The position numbers were made by a program, and so were the translations under genes. The notes below the pieces were generated by a model. The model was not told where the DNA came from. It made no database searches and was given only the letters and a program-made list of their open reading frames with translations. 64,000 nt of DNA, from NCBI GenBank assembly GCA_043776635.1, contig JAYVRA010000051.1:406-64405 (forward strand), given 5' to 3'. The stretch is from Phyllobacteriaceae bacterium (GTDB lineage: Bacteria; Pseudomonadota; Alphaproteobacteria; Rhizobiales; Rhizobiaceae). Positions 29,948-38,582 of the stretch are shown here, piece after piece; position 1 is the first letter of the stretch; each line of letters begins with the position of its first letter.

Positions 29948-31100
29948 AAATCTTAAATCCGTATTTCTTATATCCATCAAGTGCGAGGATTGTGATTCCT
30001 ATGACCAATCCCCAAAACGGCGCACCGATGCCGAAAAACGCAATTCCTGATGCAGTGGTTGCAAATGTCGCCACAGCCGCGATGCGCTCATTATCCTTGG
30101 TAAGTGCAATCGAGAGCGCATTCGCCAGCGGCGGCACAAGCGCCAAGCCTGCCACCAAAGCGATCAGGCTTTTAGGCATGCCGGACAGCAGTTCAACAAA
30201 ATAACCGCCTCCCAGCGCCAGTATCAAATAGAACAGCGCGTAAAATGGCCCTGTCAGCCAGCGCTGGCGCGGGTCGGGGTGCGCTTCCGGCCCGGTGCAA
30301 ATGGCAGCGGAAATGGCCGCTAAGTTTGTCGTGCTGCCACCGAAGAAAGCCGAGACGAAGGAGAAAAAGCCGGTGACAGCGATAAGTTCGCCCGCTGGCG
30401 GATGGTAATCCGCTGCACGAAGCACCGCCAATCCCGCCAAATTCTGCGAGGCCATGGTGACGAGATAAAGCGGAAGTGCCAAACCAATCGCTGATTTCAG
30501 CGAAAACGCAGGGGCGATGTATTCGGGCCATATGACGTTAAAACTTGGTGAGGGCTGCGAGAGGCCAAGCGCCCAAGCATAGGCAATGCCGCCAATCAGC
30601 ACGCCGAGAACGGCCAGAGAGGGGTTCCATAAGCGGAGCAGGAAAAACGCTGCGACGAGAGGCAAAATGAAGTGCGGATCAACGCCTGCCGCTTTCGCAG
30701 CGCCAATGGCGAAACTCGCCAAAATACCTGCCAACATGCCCGATGAGACTGACGGGGGGATACGCGAGACGAGCCGCATCAGGGGCGAAAACAGGCCCGT
30801 GATAATCAGCGCAATGGCGGTGATGATAAATGCCGCTACGGCTGCATGAATATCAAAGCCGGTGGAGGCGGCGATAAGCGCCGCGCCGGGGGTAGACCAA
30901 GCCGTCACAATCGGCATCCGGTGACGCCATGAGAGAATTGCCGTTTCGGCGACCATGGCAAGGCAGATGCAGGTCACCCAGCTGGCAATTTGGCTCGATG
31001 TTGCGCCAACAGCTACTGCGGCTGATACGATGATGGCAATAGTACCGCCAAAGCCGACAATGGCGGCAACGAGCGCGGAGGCTATCACTGAGCTGCGCAT
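29946..31100 (-). CDS. benE: Benzoate/H+ symporter BenE family transporter
   Basis: 384 aa, highly hydrophobic, ~12 TM, BenE-like N-terminus (ALVAAIVGFGGT). Confidence 0.75.
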   Translation of the reverse strand: MRSSVIASALVAAIVGFGGTIAIIVSAAVAVGATSSQIASWVTCICLAMVAETAILSWRHRMPIVTAWSTPGAALIAASTGFDIHAAVAAFIITAIALIITGLFSPLMRLVSRIPPSVSSGMLAGILASFAIGAAKAAGVDPHFILPLVAAFFLLRLWNPSLAVLGVLIGGIAYAWALGLSQPSPSFNVIWPEYIAPAFSLKSAIGLALPLYLVTMASQNLAGLAVLRAADYHPPAGELIAVTGFFSFVSAFFGGSTTNLAAISAAICTGPEAHPDPRQRWLTGPFYALFYLILALGGGYFVELLSGMPKSLIALVAGLALVPPLANALSIALTKDNERIAAVATFATTASGIAFFGIGAPFWGLVIGITILALDGYKKYGFKI

Positions 31101-31931
31101 TTATAAAGCCTTCGTCTGTTCGAGCATGCCAAGCACCGTCCGCTCCAATAGTTCCAAATCTTGCGGTCTTGAGAGGCGGTGGTCGCCTTCGGGAAGCAAA
31201 GTCATAGTGAGATTATCCGCCGGAATGTGTGTGGCAAGTTTCAGTGCGTGTGTATGCGGAACGTCATAGTCGCGTAGACCTTGTAAGATATGCACGGGGC
31301 AATGCGTGTGAATGATGCCGGAGAGAACCTTGTTTTTATGGCCATCATCCAAGAATTTCTGCGACCAAATATTTGGCTCATTCAGATATTCGGACTTTTC
31401 CTCAAACCAGCCTTTGCTGGAAAGGTCTTGTCGCTCATTGTCAGTGAGTTTTGGCTCAATCAAATCCATGGCGAAGTCCGGCGCGGGGGCGATCAAAATC
31501 AAGCCTTTGACGCGGGAGCCTTCACCGGTTTTTTGCAATTCCGCCAGCACGCGCAGTGTGATCCAAGCACCCATCGAAGATCCGGTCAAAATGAAGTCTT
31601 GTGGCGCTGCGTGGCGGATAACGGCGAGGCTTTCGCCAACCCAGCGGGATATTGTGCCATCGCGCCAATTGCCGGAAGAAAGTCCGTGGCCGGAATAATC
31701 AAACCGCAGCATGGGGATATTTCGCTTGGTAGTGAATTCATCAAGACATATAGCTTTAGATCCGTGCATATCCGAGCGCCACCCGCCCAACCAAATAAGC
31801 CCCGTTCCTGCACCGGTGCGATTGATATAGGCGATACTCTCGCCGACAACGGTTAGATGGTCTGTCATAAAAGGCCTGCCGAAATCACATTGAGCCTGTT
31901 TGGCACGGCTAATAGCATAATCAAAGGTCAT
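31101..31931 (-). CDS. Alpha/beta hydrolase
   Basis: Nucleophile elbow GSSMG. 276 aa. Its stop abuts the benE start. An alternative start is ATG 31868. Confidence 0.75.
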   Translation of the reverse strand: MTFDYAISRAKQAQCDFGRPFMTDHLTVVGESIAYINRTGAGTGLIWLGGWRSDMHGSKAICLDEFTTKRNIPMLRFDYSGHGLSSGNWRDGTISRWVGESLAVIRHAAPQDFILTGSSMGAWITLRVLAELQKTGEGSRVKGLILIAPAPDFAMDLIEPKLTDNERQDLSSKGWFEEKSEYLNEPNIWSQKFLDDGHKNKVLSGIIHTHCPVHILQGLRDYDVPHTHALKLATHIPADNLTMTLLPEGDHRLSRPQDLELLERTVLGMLEQTKAL

Positions 31932-32028
31932 TTTTGACCATTCATTGGCGCTCTGTACAAACTTAGTCTTGACAAACCATGCGTCCCGCGCACATTGCGC
32001 CCACCATTAATTTCAGGAGTTTACGCCC

Positions 32029-32568
32029 ATTCGTCGTCCCTTTAGAGCCCCGCCAGCCGTTACCAAAGACGGCCCGAAGTCCAACCGCGATATTCGCGTT
32101 CCCCGTGTTCAGCTGATTGATATTGAAGGCAAGAACATCGGCATCATTCTCACGCAAGATGCGTTGGAGATGGCCGAGGCCGCGGGCATGGACCTTGTTG
32201 AGATTGTTCCAAACGCGGAACCGCCAGTCTGTAAGATCGTTGATCTTGGCCGCATGAAGTATCAGACTCAGAAAAAGGCGGCTGAAGCACGCAAAAAGCA
32301 GAAGATCGTCGAAATCAAAGAAATCAAGATGCGCCCGGGAATTGATAGTCATGACTATGACGTAAAAATGCGCGCCGTTGCCCGTTTCTTTGAAGAGGGC
32401 GATAAGGTCAAAATCACGCTGCGCTTCCGTGGCCGGGAAATGGCCCATCAGGAGCTTGGCATGAGGCTGCTCGAAAAGGTCAAGGACGACACGGTTTTGA
32501 CGGCCAAAGTGGAGGCCGAACCAAAGCTCGAAGGCCGCCAAATGATGATGGTTCTGTCGCCGAAGTAA
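32029..32568 (+). CDS. infC: Translation initiation factor IF-3, AUU start
   Basis: The ORF track shows only the C-terminal 134 aa. The frame is open from TAA 32008. ATT at 32029 lies 9 nt after GGAG and gives (M)[38 protein letters not shown]..., the canonical IF3 N-terminus. Confidence 0.85.
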   Translation: MRRPFRAPPAVTKDGPKSNRDIRVPRVQLIDIEGKNIGIILTQDALEMAEAAGMDLVEIVPNAEPPVCKIVDLGRMKYQTQKKAAEARKKQKIVEIKEIKMRPGIDSHDYDVKMRAVARFFEEGDKVKITLRFRGREMAHQELGMRLLEKVKDDTVLTAKVEAEPKLEGRQMMMVLSPK

Positions 32569-32591
32569 GGTTCGTTTTGTAAATTCATTAG

Positions 32592-32618
32592 CCCGCTGAT
32601 GGCAAGTCAGCGGGTTTT
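32592..32618 (+). terminator. Intrinsic terminator after infC
   Basis: CCCGCTGA-tggcaag-TCAGCGGG followed by TTTTG. Confidence 0.7.
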
Positions 32619-32734
32619 GCATACTCAAAAATATGATCGACTTTGATAAAGTTGACGCAACAAATGCATTGTGCGCTAAGTCTGCGACAGCTGTTATGCT
32701 GATAAACCGGCGCCACTACTGAGATGTATACACG

Positions 32735-33367
32735 ATGACCAACCACCCTGAAAATACCACACGCCCGCTCGGCAATTACCAATATTTGCGCCGCGTCTGG
32801 CTTTTTGTTGTGTTGATTATTGTCGGGATTGTCCTGTTGTTCGTGAAATCAGCGTGGCAATCTGAATTCGCGTACCGCGCCGTACAGTTTTGCAGCATCG
32901 GCCTCATTTGGGCAGGAATTCTTGGCCGCCTTTGGTCAATACTCTATATAGGCGGGCGTAAATCAATGGAGGTTGTTTCAACCGGACCTTATTCCGTGAT
33001 GCGCAACCCGCTGTATTTTTTTTCAGCAATCGCATCGGTTGGCGTTGGCGGGTTGACCGGCTCGCTTATTATTGCGGCACTGGCCGGGATTTTGTGTGTG
33101 GTTGCATTTCTCATCGTCATCAAGCGCGAGGAAGAATTTCTTGGCGGCACGTTTGGCAAGCCTTACGCAGACTATTGCGCCCGCGTGCCACAGTTTTTCC
33201 CGAATTTTTCCCTCTTCAAAGATGAGGATACGCTCAAGGTAAGCCTGCGCCGTGTTTACTCGACACTTTTAGACGGCTTAGTATTCTTTGCGGCGCTTCC
33301 TTTGTTCGCATTGGTCAGCTATTTACAAAATTCAGGTTACTTACCGGTGCTTTTGCGCCTTTATTGA
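32735..33367 (+). CDS. Isoprenylcysteine carboxyl methyltransferase (ICMT)/phospholipid methyltransferase-like membrane protein
   Basis: 210 aa, 4-5 TM segments, GPYSVMRNPLYF motif typical of the ICMT/PEMT-like family. Confidence 0.65.
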   Translation: MTNHPENTTRPLGNYQYLRRVWLFVVLIIVGIVLLFVKSAWQSEFAYRAVQFCSIGLIWAGILGRLWSILYIGGRKSMEVVSTGPYSVMRNPLYFFSAIASVGVGGLTGSLIIAALAGILCVVAFLIVIKREEEFLGGTFGKPYADYCARVPQFFPNFSLFKDEDTLKVSLRRVYSTLLDGLVFFAALPLFALVSYLQNSGYLPVLLRLY

Positions 33368-33442
33368 TAGCAGCCACGATTTGTTGCCGGGTCAAAACAG
33401 GGTGTTGCGCTTCGCAATGCCTATGGTTATAAGACCCCGTTC

Positions 33443-33478
33443 AAACCGCCCGGCAGGGCATGCCGTGGCGGTTTATTA
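33443..33478 (+). terminator. Hairpin, candidate terminator upstream of rpmI
   Basis: AAACCGCC-CGGCA-gggca-TGCCG-t-GGCGGTTT followed by ATTAT. The U-tract is weak. Confidence 0.4.
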
Positions 33479-33533
33479 TGCTTGCAATTAACTGGTCTGT
33501 TAATTTGCAAACCCACCACTCAAGGAGAGCAAA

Positions 33534-33734
33534 ATGCCCAAGATGAAGACCAAGTCCGCTGCTAAAAAGCGGTTTAAAATCACTGGCACCGGCAAAGTTA
33601 TGGCCGCTGCTGCAGGCAAGCGCCACGGCATGATCAAGCGCAGCAACAAGTTTATTCGCGATGCACGCGGCACGATGGTACTTTGCGATGCCGATGCCCG
33701 TATTGTGAAGAAATTTTTGCCTAACGGCCTCTAA
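33534..33734 (+). CDS. rpmI: 50S ribosomal protein L35
   Basis: [22 protein letters not shown]..., 66 aa. Confidence 0.95.
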   Translation: MPKMKTKSAAKKRFKITGTGKVMAAAAGKRHGMIKRSNKFIRDARGTMVLCDADARIVKKFLPNGL

Positions 33735-33764
33735 CCGGCCAGCGTATCTTAAGGAGATCATAAA

Positions 33765-34166
33765 ATGGCACGTGTAAAAAGAGGCGTTACGTCTCACGCC
33801 AAGCATAAAAAAGTATTGAAGCAGGCAGAAGGCTTTCGCGGCCGTCGCAAGAATACCATCCGTGCAGCAAAAGCTGCTGTGGATCATTCAAAGCAATATG
33901 CCTACCGCGACCGCAAGAACAAGAAGCGCGTATTCCGTGGTTTGTGGGTTCAGCGTATTAACGCTGCCGTGCGCGAGCATGGCTTGACATACGCCCGCTT
34001 CATTGACGGCCTCACAAAGGCCGGCATCGTGGTTGACCGCAAGGTTATGTCCGATATGGCGATCCATGAGAACGCCGCCTTCATCACGCTGATTTATGCA
34101 GCCAAGAAGGCCTTGGAATATCTGAAGGACACCACTCCAAACGCTTTTGAAAGCGCTGTCGCATAA
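33765..34166 (+). CDS. rplT: 50S ribosomal protein L20
   Basis: [30 protein letters not shown]..., 133 aa. Confidence 0.95.
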   Translation: MARVKRGVTSHAKHKKVLKQAEGFRGRRKNTIRAAKAAVDHSKQYAYRDRKNKKRVFRGLWVQRINAAVREHGLTYARFIDGLTKAGIVVDRKVMSDMAIHENAAFITLIYAAKKALEYLKDTTPNAFESAVA

Positions 34167-34207
34167 CGCCAGCGTCTTCCCAAAGACAAGTTTATATTCT
34201 TGGGAAA

Positions 34208-34237
34208 CCCGCGCTGGCAGTATCAGCGCGGGTTTTT
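34208..34237 (+). terminator. Intrinsic terminator/attenuator between rplT and pheS
   Basis: CCCGCGCTG-gcagtat-CAGCGCGGG followed by TTTTT. Confidence 0.75.
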
Positions 34238-34272
34238 CATATTTTAAACCGGCAACAAAATTCGGTGACATT

Positions 34273-35358
34273 ATGAGCGATTTAAGCACTCTCGAAACCA
34301 GCCTGTTGGCTGATATTGCAGCGGCGCAAGACGAGGCTTCGATTGAAGCTGTGCGCGTTTCTGCGACGGGCAAAAAAGGTTCGCTTTCAGAACTTCTAAA
34401 AACGCTCGGCACCATGTCGCCGGATGAACGCAAAACGACGGGTGCGGCGATTAACGCGCTCAAAGTCCGTGTGATGGAGGCGCTTTCCTTGCGCAAATCC
34501 ATTTTGAAGGACGCAGCCATTGAGGAGCGCGTCAAGCGCGAGACAGTGGATGTGACGTTGCCTGGCCGCGCGGCTCAAGTAAATTCCGGGCGTATTCATC
34601 CGATTAGTCAGGTTATCGACGAAATCACCGCCATTTTCGGCGATCTGGGCTTTGCCATTGCCGAAGGTCCGGATGTTGAGTCTGACTATTATAATTTCAC
34701 AGCGCTGAACTTCCCCGAAGGTCATCCGGCCCGCGAAATGCACGATACATTCTTCTTCAGCACCAAAGAAGACGGTACGAGAAAATTGCTGCGCACGCAC
34801 ACATCGCCGGTGCAAATCCGCACAATGGAATCCCAAAAGCCGCCCATCCGCATTGTTATTCCGGGCAAAACCTACCGCATGGATAGCGATGCCACCCATT
34901 CGCCGATGTTCCATCAGGTTGAAGGCTTGGTTATCGACAAGACAGCGAACGTCGCCAACATGAAGTGGGTGCTGGAAGAGTTTTGTAAGGCGTTTTTTGA
35001 AGTGCCAAGCGTCACCATGCGCTTCCGCCCGTCGTTCTTCCCCTTCACAGAACCATCCATGGAAGTGGACATCAAATGCGACCGTTCACGCCCCGGCGAG
35101 GTCCGCTTTGGCGAAGGCGATGACTGGATGGAAATCCTCGGCTGCGGCATGGTTCACCCCAATGTCTTGCGAGCCGGCGGTATTGACCCGGACGAATACC
35201 AAGGCTTCGCCTGGGGCATGGGCATCGACCGCATTGCCATGCTGAAATACGGAATGCCGGATTTGAGGGCGTTTTTTGATGCCGATGTAAGGTGGCTGAG
35301 CCACTATGGATTCAGACCGCTGGACATGCCGACACTGTTTGGGGGCTTGAGCGGATGA
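34273..35358 (+). CDS. pheS: Phenylalanine--tRNA ligase alpha subunit
   Basis: [18 protein letters not shown]...; class II motifs ([22 protein letters not shown]). ATG 34273 is preferred over the ORF-track start 34147. Confidence 0.95.
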   Translation: MSDLSTLETSLLADIAAAQDEASIEAVRVSATGKKGSLSELLKTLGTMSPDERKTTGAAINALKVRVMEALSLRKSILKDAAIEERVKRETVDVTLPGRAAQVNSGRIHPISQVIDEITAIFGDLGFAIAEGPDVESDYYNFTALNFPEGHPAREMHDTFFFSTKEDGTRKLLRTHTSPVQIRTMESQKPPIRIVIPGKTYRMDSDATHSPMFHQVEGLVIDKTANVANMKWVLEEFCKAFFEVPSVTMRFRPSFFPFTEPSMEVDIKCDRSRPGEVRFGEGDDWMEILGCGMVHPNVLRAGGIDPDEYQGFAWGMGIDRIAMLKYGMPDLRAFFDADVRWLSHYGFRPLDMPTLFGGLSG

Positions 35359-35359
35359 T

Positions 35360-35379
35360 TTAATTGTGGCCACAATTAA
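35360..35379. promoter_or_regulatory. Perfect 20-bp palindrome TTAATTGTGGCCACAATTAA (candidate BrnA operator)
   Basis: Self-complementary by direct reading. It lies 2 nt after the pheS stop and 19 nt before the brnT ATG. Confidence 0.5.
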
Positions 35380-35397
35380 ATATGTGTGATAAATAGT

Positions 35398-35684
35398 ATG
35401 GAAGTCGAATGGGACGAAGCCAAGAGGCAACAAGTGCTCGATGAGCGCGGGTTGGATTTTGCCGATGTCATTAATTTTGATGCGGCAAGTCTTGAAATTA
35501 TGAAGACTTGCGCCGGAATTACGATGAACTTCGGTTTAACGCATTCGGTTATCTTGACGGTGTCCTGTGTACCTATTGTTGGACATCCCGAAACGGCAAA
35601 ATGCGAATAATTTCGATGAGGAAGATGAATGAGCGCGAACGCAAGGTTTACAAAGCAGCCAGAGGTGAATCTTGCGACACTTGA
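35398..35684 (+). pseudogene. brnT: BrnT (DUF497) ribonuclease toxin disrupted by a 1-nt frameshift
   Basis: N-terminus MEVEWDEAKRQQVLDERGLDFADVINFDAASLEI is in one frame. The conserved C-terminus (N)YEDLRRNYDELRFNAFGYLDGVLCTYCWTSRNGKMRIISMRKMNERERKVYKA... is in the -1 frame, opening after TGA 35493 and ending at TGA 35682..35684. Confidence 0.75.
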
Positions 35685-36000
35685 TGATGTCGCGAAGGGA
35701 CTGATTTCACTTGATGATTACGAAATTGCTCACGGCGAAGACATTCCCGAATTAACTGTCGAAGACTTTGCCCGCGCGCGCCCGATGAAGGAAATGTTTC
35801 CCGAAATCGTCGAAGCATTCGCCCGTATGCGCGGGATGCGCGGACTTCAGTCGGCTCCTGTAAAAGAGCGCGTGGGTTTGCGACTGGATGCCAGTATCGT
35901 GGAACATTTTCGCTCAACCGGCTCCGGCTGGCAGGGCCGGGTTAATGAAATTTTGAAGCGGCATGTTGCTGTGCAAGAAAATACTAAAGGTAAAATGTAA
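35629..36000 (+). CDS. brnA: BrnA antitoxin (BrnA_antitoxin/DUF4415-like)
   Basis: 123 aa: IPELTVEDFARARP ... APVKERVGLRLDASIVEHFRSTGSGWQGRVNEILKRHV matches the BrnA family pattern. Its stop TAA (35998..36000) is immediately followed by the pheT GTG. Confidence 0.8.
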   Translation: MSANARFTKQPEVNLATLDDVAKGLISLDDYEIAHGEDIPELTVEDFARARPMKEMFPEIVEAFARMRGMRGLQSAPVKERVGLRLDASIVEHFRSTGSGWQGRVNEILKRHVAVQENTKGKM

Positions 36001-38406
36001 GTGAAATTCACCCTCTCCTGGCTTAAAGACCATCTCGAAACCGACGCTTCGCTCAGCCAAATCTGCGAACGGTTGACCATGATCGGGCTTGAAGTTGAAA
36101 GTCTGGACGACAAAGGCGGCCTTCGCCCGTTCAAAATCGCCAAGGTTTTGAGCGCGGTTCGTCATCCGGATGCTGATAAATTACAAGTACTTAGCGTGGA
36201 TAATGGTTCGGGCACACCGATCCAAGTTGTCTGCGGCGCGCCCAATGCGCGGGCGGGACTTGTCGGCGTTTTGGGCAATCCCGGCGATTATGTGCCGGGG
36301 CTGAATGTGACGCTTGGCGTTGGCAAAATTCGCGGTGTTGAATCCTTTGGCATGATGTGTTCGGAGAGTGAACTTCAGCTTTCCGATAGCCATGATGGCA
36401 TCATCGAACTGCCGGAGGACGCGCCAATCGGCCAATCGTATGCGACATGGGCGCAGCTTGATGACCCGATGATTGAAATCAATTTGACGCCAAACCGGCC
36501 GGACTGCACCTCCATCCACGGCATCGCGCGTGACCTTACGGCCTCTGGTATAGGCACGTTAAAAACCAAACCAATTCAAGAGGTTAAGGGCAATAGCCCT
36601 TGCCCGGTTCCGGTGAAAATTGAAGCACCGGAGCTATGTCCGGGCTTTGCTTTGCGCCTTGTAAAGGGTGTGAAAAACGGGCCAAGTCCCAAGTGGATGC
36701 AGCAGCGCTTGCTGGCAATCGGGCTTCGCCCGATCAATGCTTTGGTGGATATCACCAACTATCTGACCTTTGATCGCGGCCGTCCGCTGCATGTGTTTGA
36801 TGCTAAAAAGGTCGCGGGAAATCTCGTGGTGCGCCGTGCCAACGAAGGCGAAGAGATGCTCGCGCTGGATGGTAAAACCTATAAATTAACCTCTGAAAAC
36901 TGCGTTATTGCTGATGATAATGGCGTGGAATCTATCGCAGGCGTCATGGGCGGGGAGCATTCGGGCTGCGACGAAAACACCACCGATGTGCTCATTGAGT
37001 CCGCCTTATGGGCGCCGCTGAACATTGCCAAGACGGGCCGTACGCTGGGTATCATCACTGATGCACGCTACCGGTTCGAGCGCGGCGTGGACCCGCAGAT
37101 GATGCGCCTAGGGCTCGAACTGGCAACGGAAATGGTGCGGGAACTGTGCGGAGGTGATGCGAGCGATGTATTGGTCGAGGGTTACACAAAGGCGCAAGCC
37201 AAAGTGGTCTCCTTTCCTTACGCGGACGTGAAGCGCCTCACCGGCATCGATGTTTCCAAGGCGGAAAGCCAGAGCATCTTGACCCGCCTCGGCTTCGTAG
37301 TTTCCGGCACGGACGATGTGGTTGACGTGACGGTTCCAAGCTGGCGTCCGGATGTCGATGGCAAGGCTGATCTCGTCGAAGAGGTCATGCGCATCAACGG
37401 CGTGGACAATATCGCGCCCCAGCCGCTGGCAGCGCTTGGTTCTGTCAACACCCGCATTCTTACCACGCTGCAAATCCGCACGCGGCTTGCCAAAAGAACA
37501 TTAGCGGCGAGGGGAATGAGCGAGGCGCTGACGTGGTCGTTCATTCCCGCTGCGCACGCTGCGCTGTTTGGCGGGGGCAAGCCGGAGCTGAAACTGGCAA
37601 ACCCGATTGCCGCTGATATGTCGGACATGCGGCCGTCGCTTCTGCCGGGCCTCATTGCCGCCGCGCAGCGCAATGCGGATCGCGGGTTCAGCGATGTCGC
37701 GCTGTTTGAAGTTTCCGGTACCTATGAGAACGACACGCCCGAAGGCCAGCGCCGCGTGGCGGGCGGGGTGCGCCGTGGCACGGCGGGTGTCGCCACCCAA
37801 GGCCGCTCATGGGCGGGCAACGCGCCACCGGTGAATGTGCATGACGCCAAGGCGGATGCGCTTGCCGTGCTCGAAGCCTGCGGAGTGCCCGTCGACAAGG
37901 TGCAAATTGAAACCGGCGCACCGTCGCATTTCCACCCCGGCCGTTCCGGTGTCATTAAGCTCGGTCCGAAACTGGTGCTGGCCTATTTTGGCGAGTTCCA
38001 CCCGAAAGCGCTGGAAACGCTGAAAGCCGATGGACCTCTATGTGGCTTTGAAGTTTTCATTGATGCCATCACTGAGCCGAAAGCCAGAGCCGTGCGTACC
38101 AAGCCGCGCTTGGACTTATCACCTTTGCAAGCCCTGAAGCGTGATTTCGCTTTCGTGGTTTCCAAGGAAACCCAAAGCGCCGCGATTTTGAAAGCGGCGC
38201 AAGGCGCGGATAAAAAACTCATCAGCGCCACCAACGTCTTCGATATTTTCGAAGGCGCATCAATTGAGACAAGCAAAAAGTCCGTCGGCATCGAAATCAC
38301 GATTCAGCCGCAAGAAAAGACACTTGCCGATGAGGAATTGGACGCTTTGATGAAGCGGATTGCCGAAAGTGTCAGCAAGGCCACAGGCGCAGTTTTGCGG
38401 GGATAG
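36001..38406 (+). CDS. pheT: Phenylalanine--tRNA ligase beta subunit
   Basis: 801 aa, canonical N-terminus [21 protein letters not shown] start. Confidence 0.95.
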   Translation: MKFTLSWLKDHLETDASLSQICERLTMIGLEVESLDDKGGLRPFKIAKVLSAVRHPDADKLQVLSVDNGSGTPIQVVCGAPNARAGLVGVLGNPGDYVPGLNVTLGVGKIRGVESFGMMCSESELQLSDSHDGIIELPEDAPIGQSYATWAQLDDPMIEINLTPNRPDCTSIHGIARDLTASGIGTLKTKPIQEVKGNSPCPVPVKIEAPELCPGFALRLVKGVKNGPSPKWMQQRLLAIGLRPINALVDITNYLTFDRGRPLHVFDAKKVAGNLVVRRANEGEEMLALDGKTYKLTSENCVIADDNGVESIAGVMGGEHSGCDENTTDVLIESALWAPLNIAKTGRTLGIITDARYRFERGVDPQMMRLGLELATEMVRELCGGDASDVLVEGYTKAQAKVVSFPYADVKRLTGIDVSKAESQSILTRLGFVVSGTDDVVDVTVPSWRPDVDGKADLVEEVMRINGVDNIAPQPLAALGSVNTRILTTLQIRTRLAKRTLAARGMSEALTWSFIPAAHAALFGGGKPELKLANPIAADMSDMRPSLLPGLIAAAQRNADRGFSDVALFEVSGTYENDTPEGQRRVAGGVRRGTAGVATQGRSWAGNAPPVNVHDAKADALAVLEACGVPVDKVQIETGAPSHFHPGRSGVIKLGPKLVLAYFGEFHPKALETLKADGPLCGFEVFIDAITEPKARAVRTKPRLDLSPLQALKRDFAFVVSKETQSAAILKAAQGADKKLISATNVFDIFEGASIETSKKSVGIEITIQPQEKTLADEELDALMKRIAESVSKATGAVLRG

Positions 38407-38412
38407 ACAATC

Positions 38413-38444
38413 AGGGTCCGGACCTGCTAATTTTGGCGAAATGG
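38413..38444. mobile_element. Solo left terminal repeat of the MITE (degenerate copy may extend to ~38545)
   Basis: AGGGTCCGGACCTGCTAATTTTGGCGAAATGG matches the left TIR. Downstream blocks at 38456..38471 and 38525..38540 each match internal blocks of copy 1 (9372..9387, 9421..9436) at 14/16. Confidence 0.6.
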
Positions 38445-38552
38445 CAGGCAAATAACTTCAATCTACGGCGTTTCTGCATCTCGTCATTGCGTGCAAATAT
38501 GAACCGCCCCAGCTTATTCTGATGCCGATTTTTCTTGCATTATAAGGATTTT

Positions 38553-38567
38553 GTTCCTATTTTGTTC
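38553..38567 (+). promoter_or_regulatory. Alphaproteobacterial LexA (SOS) box GTTC-N7-GTTC
   Basis: GTTCctattttGTTC lies 16 nt upstream of the polymerase ATG. It overlaps the -10 of a TTGCAT(38535..38540)-N17-TATTTT promoter. Confidence 0.65.
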
Positions 38568-38582
38568 TCATAGGAGAACAAC

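Noticed and set aside
35491-35504. Programmed ribosomal frameshift in brnT.
   Set aside because: There is no X-XXY-YYZ slippery heptamer and no downstream pseudoknot or hairpin. The sequence GAAATTATGAAG is consistent with a plain 1-nt deletion.
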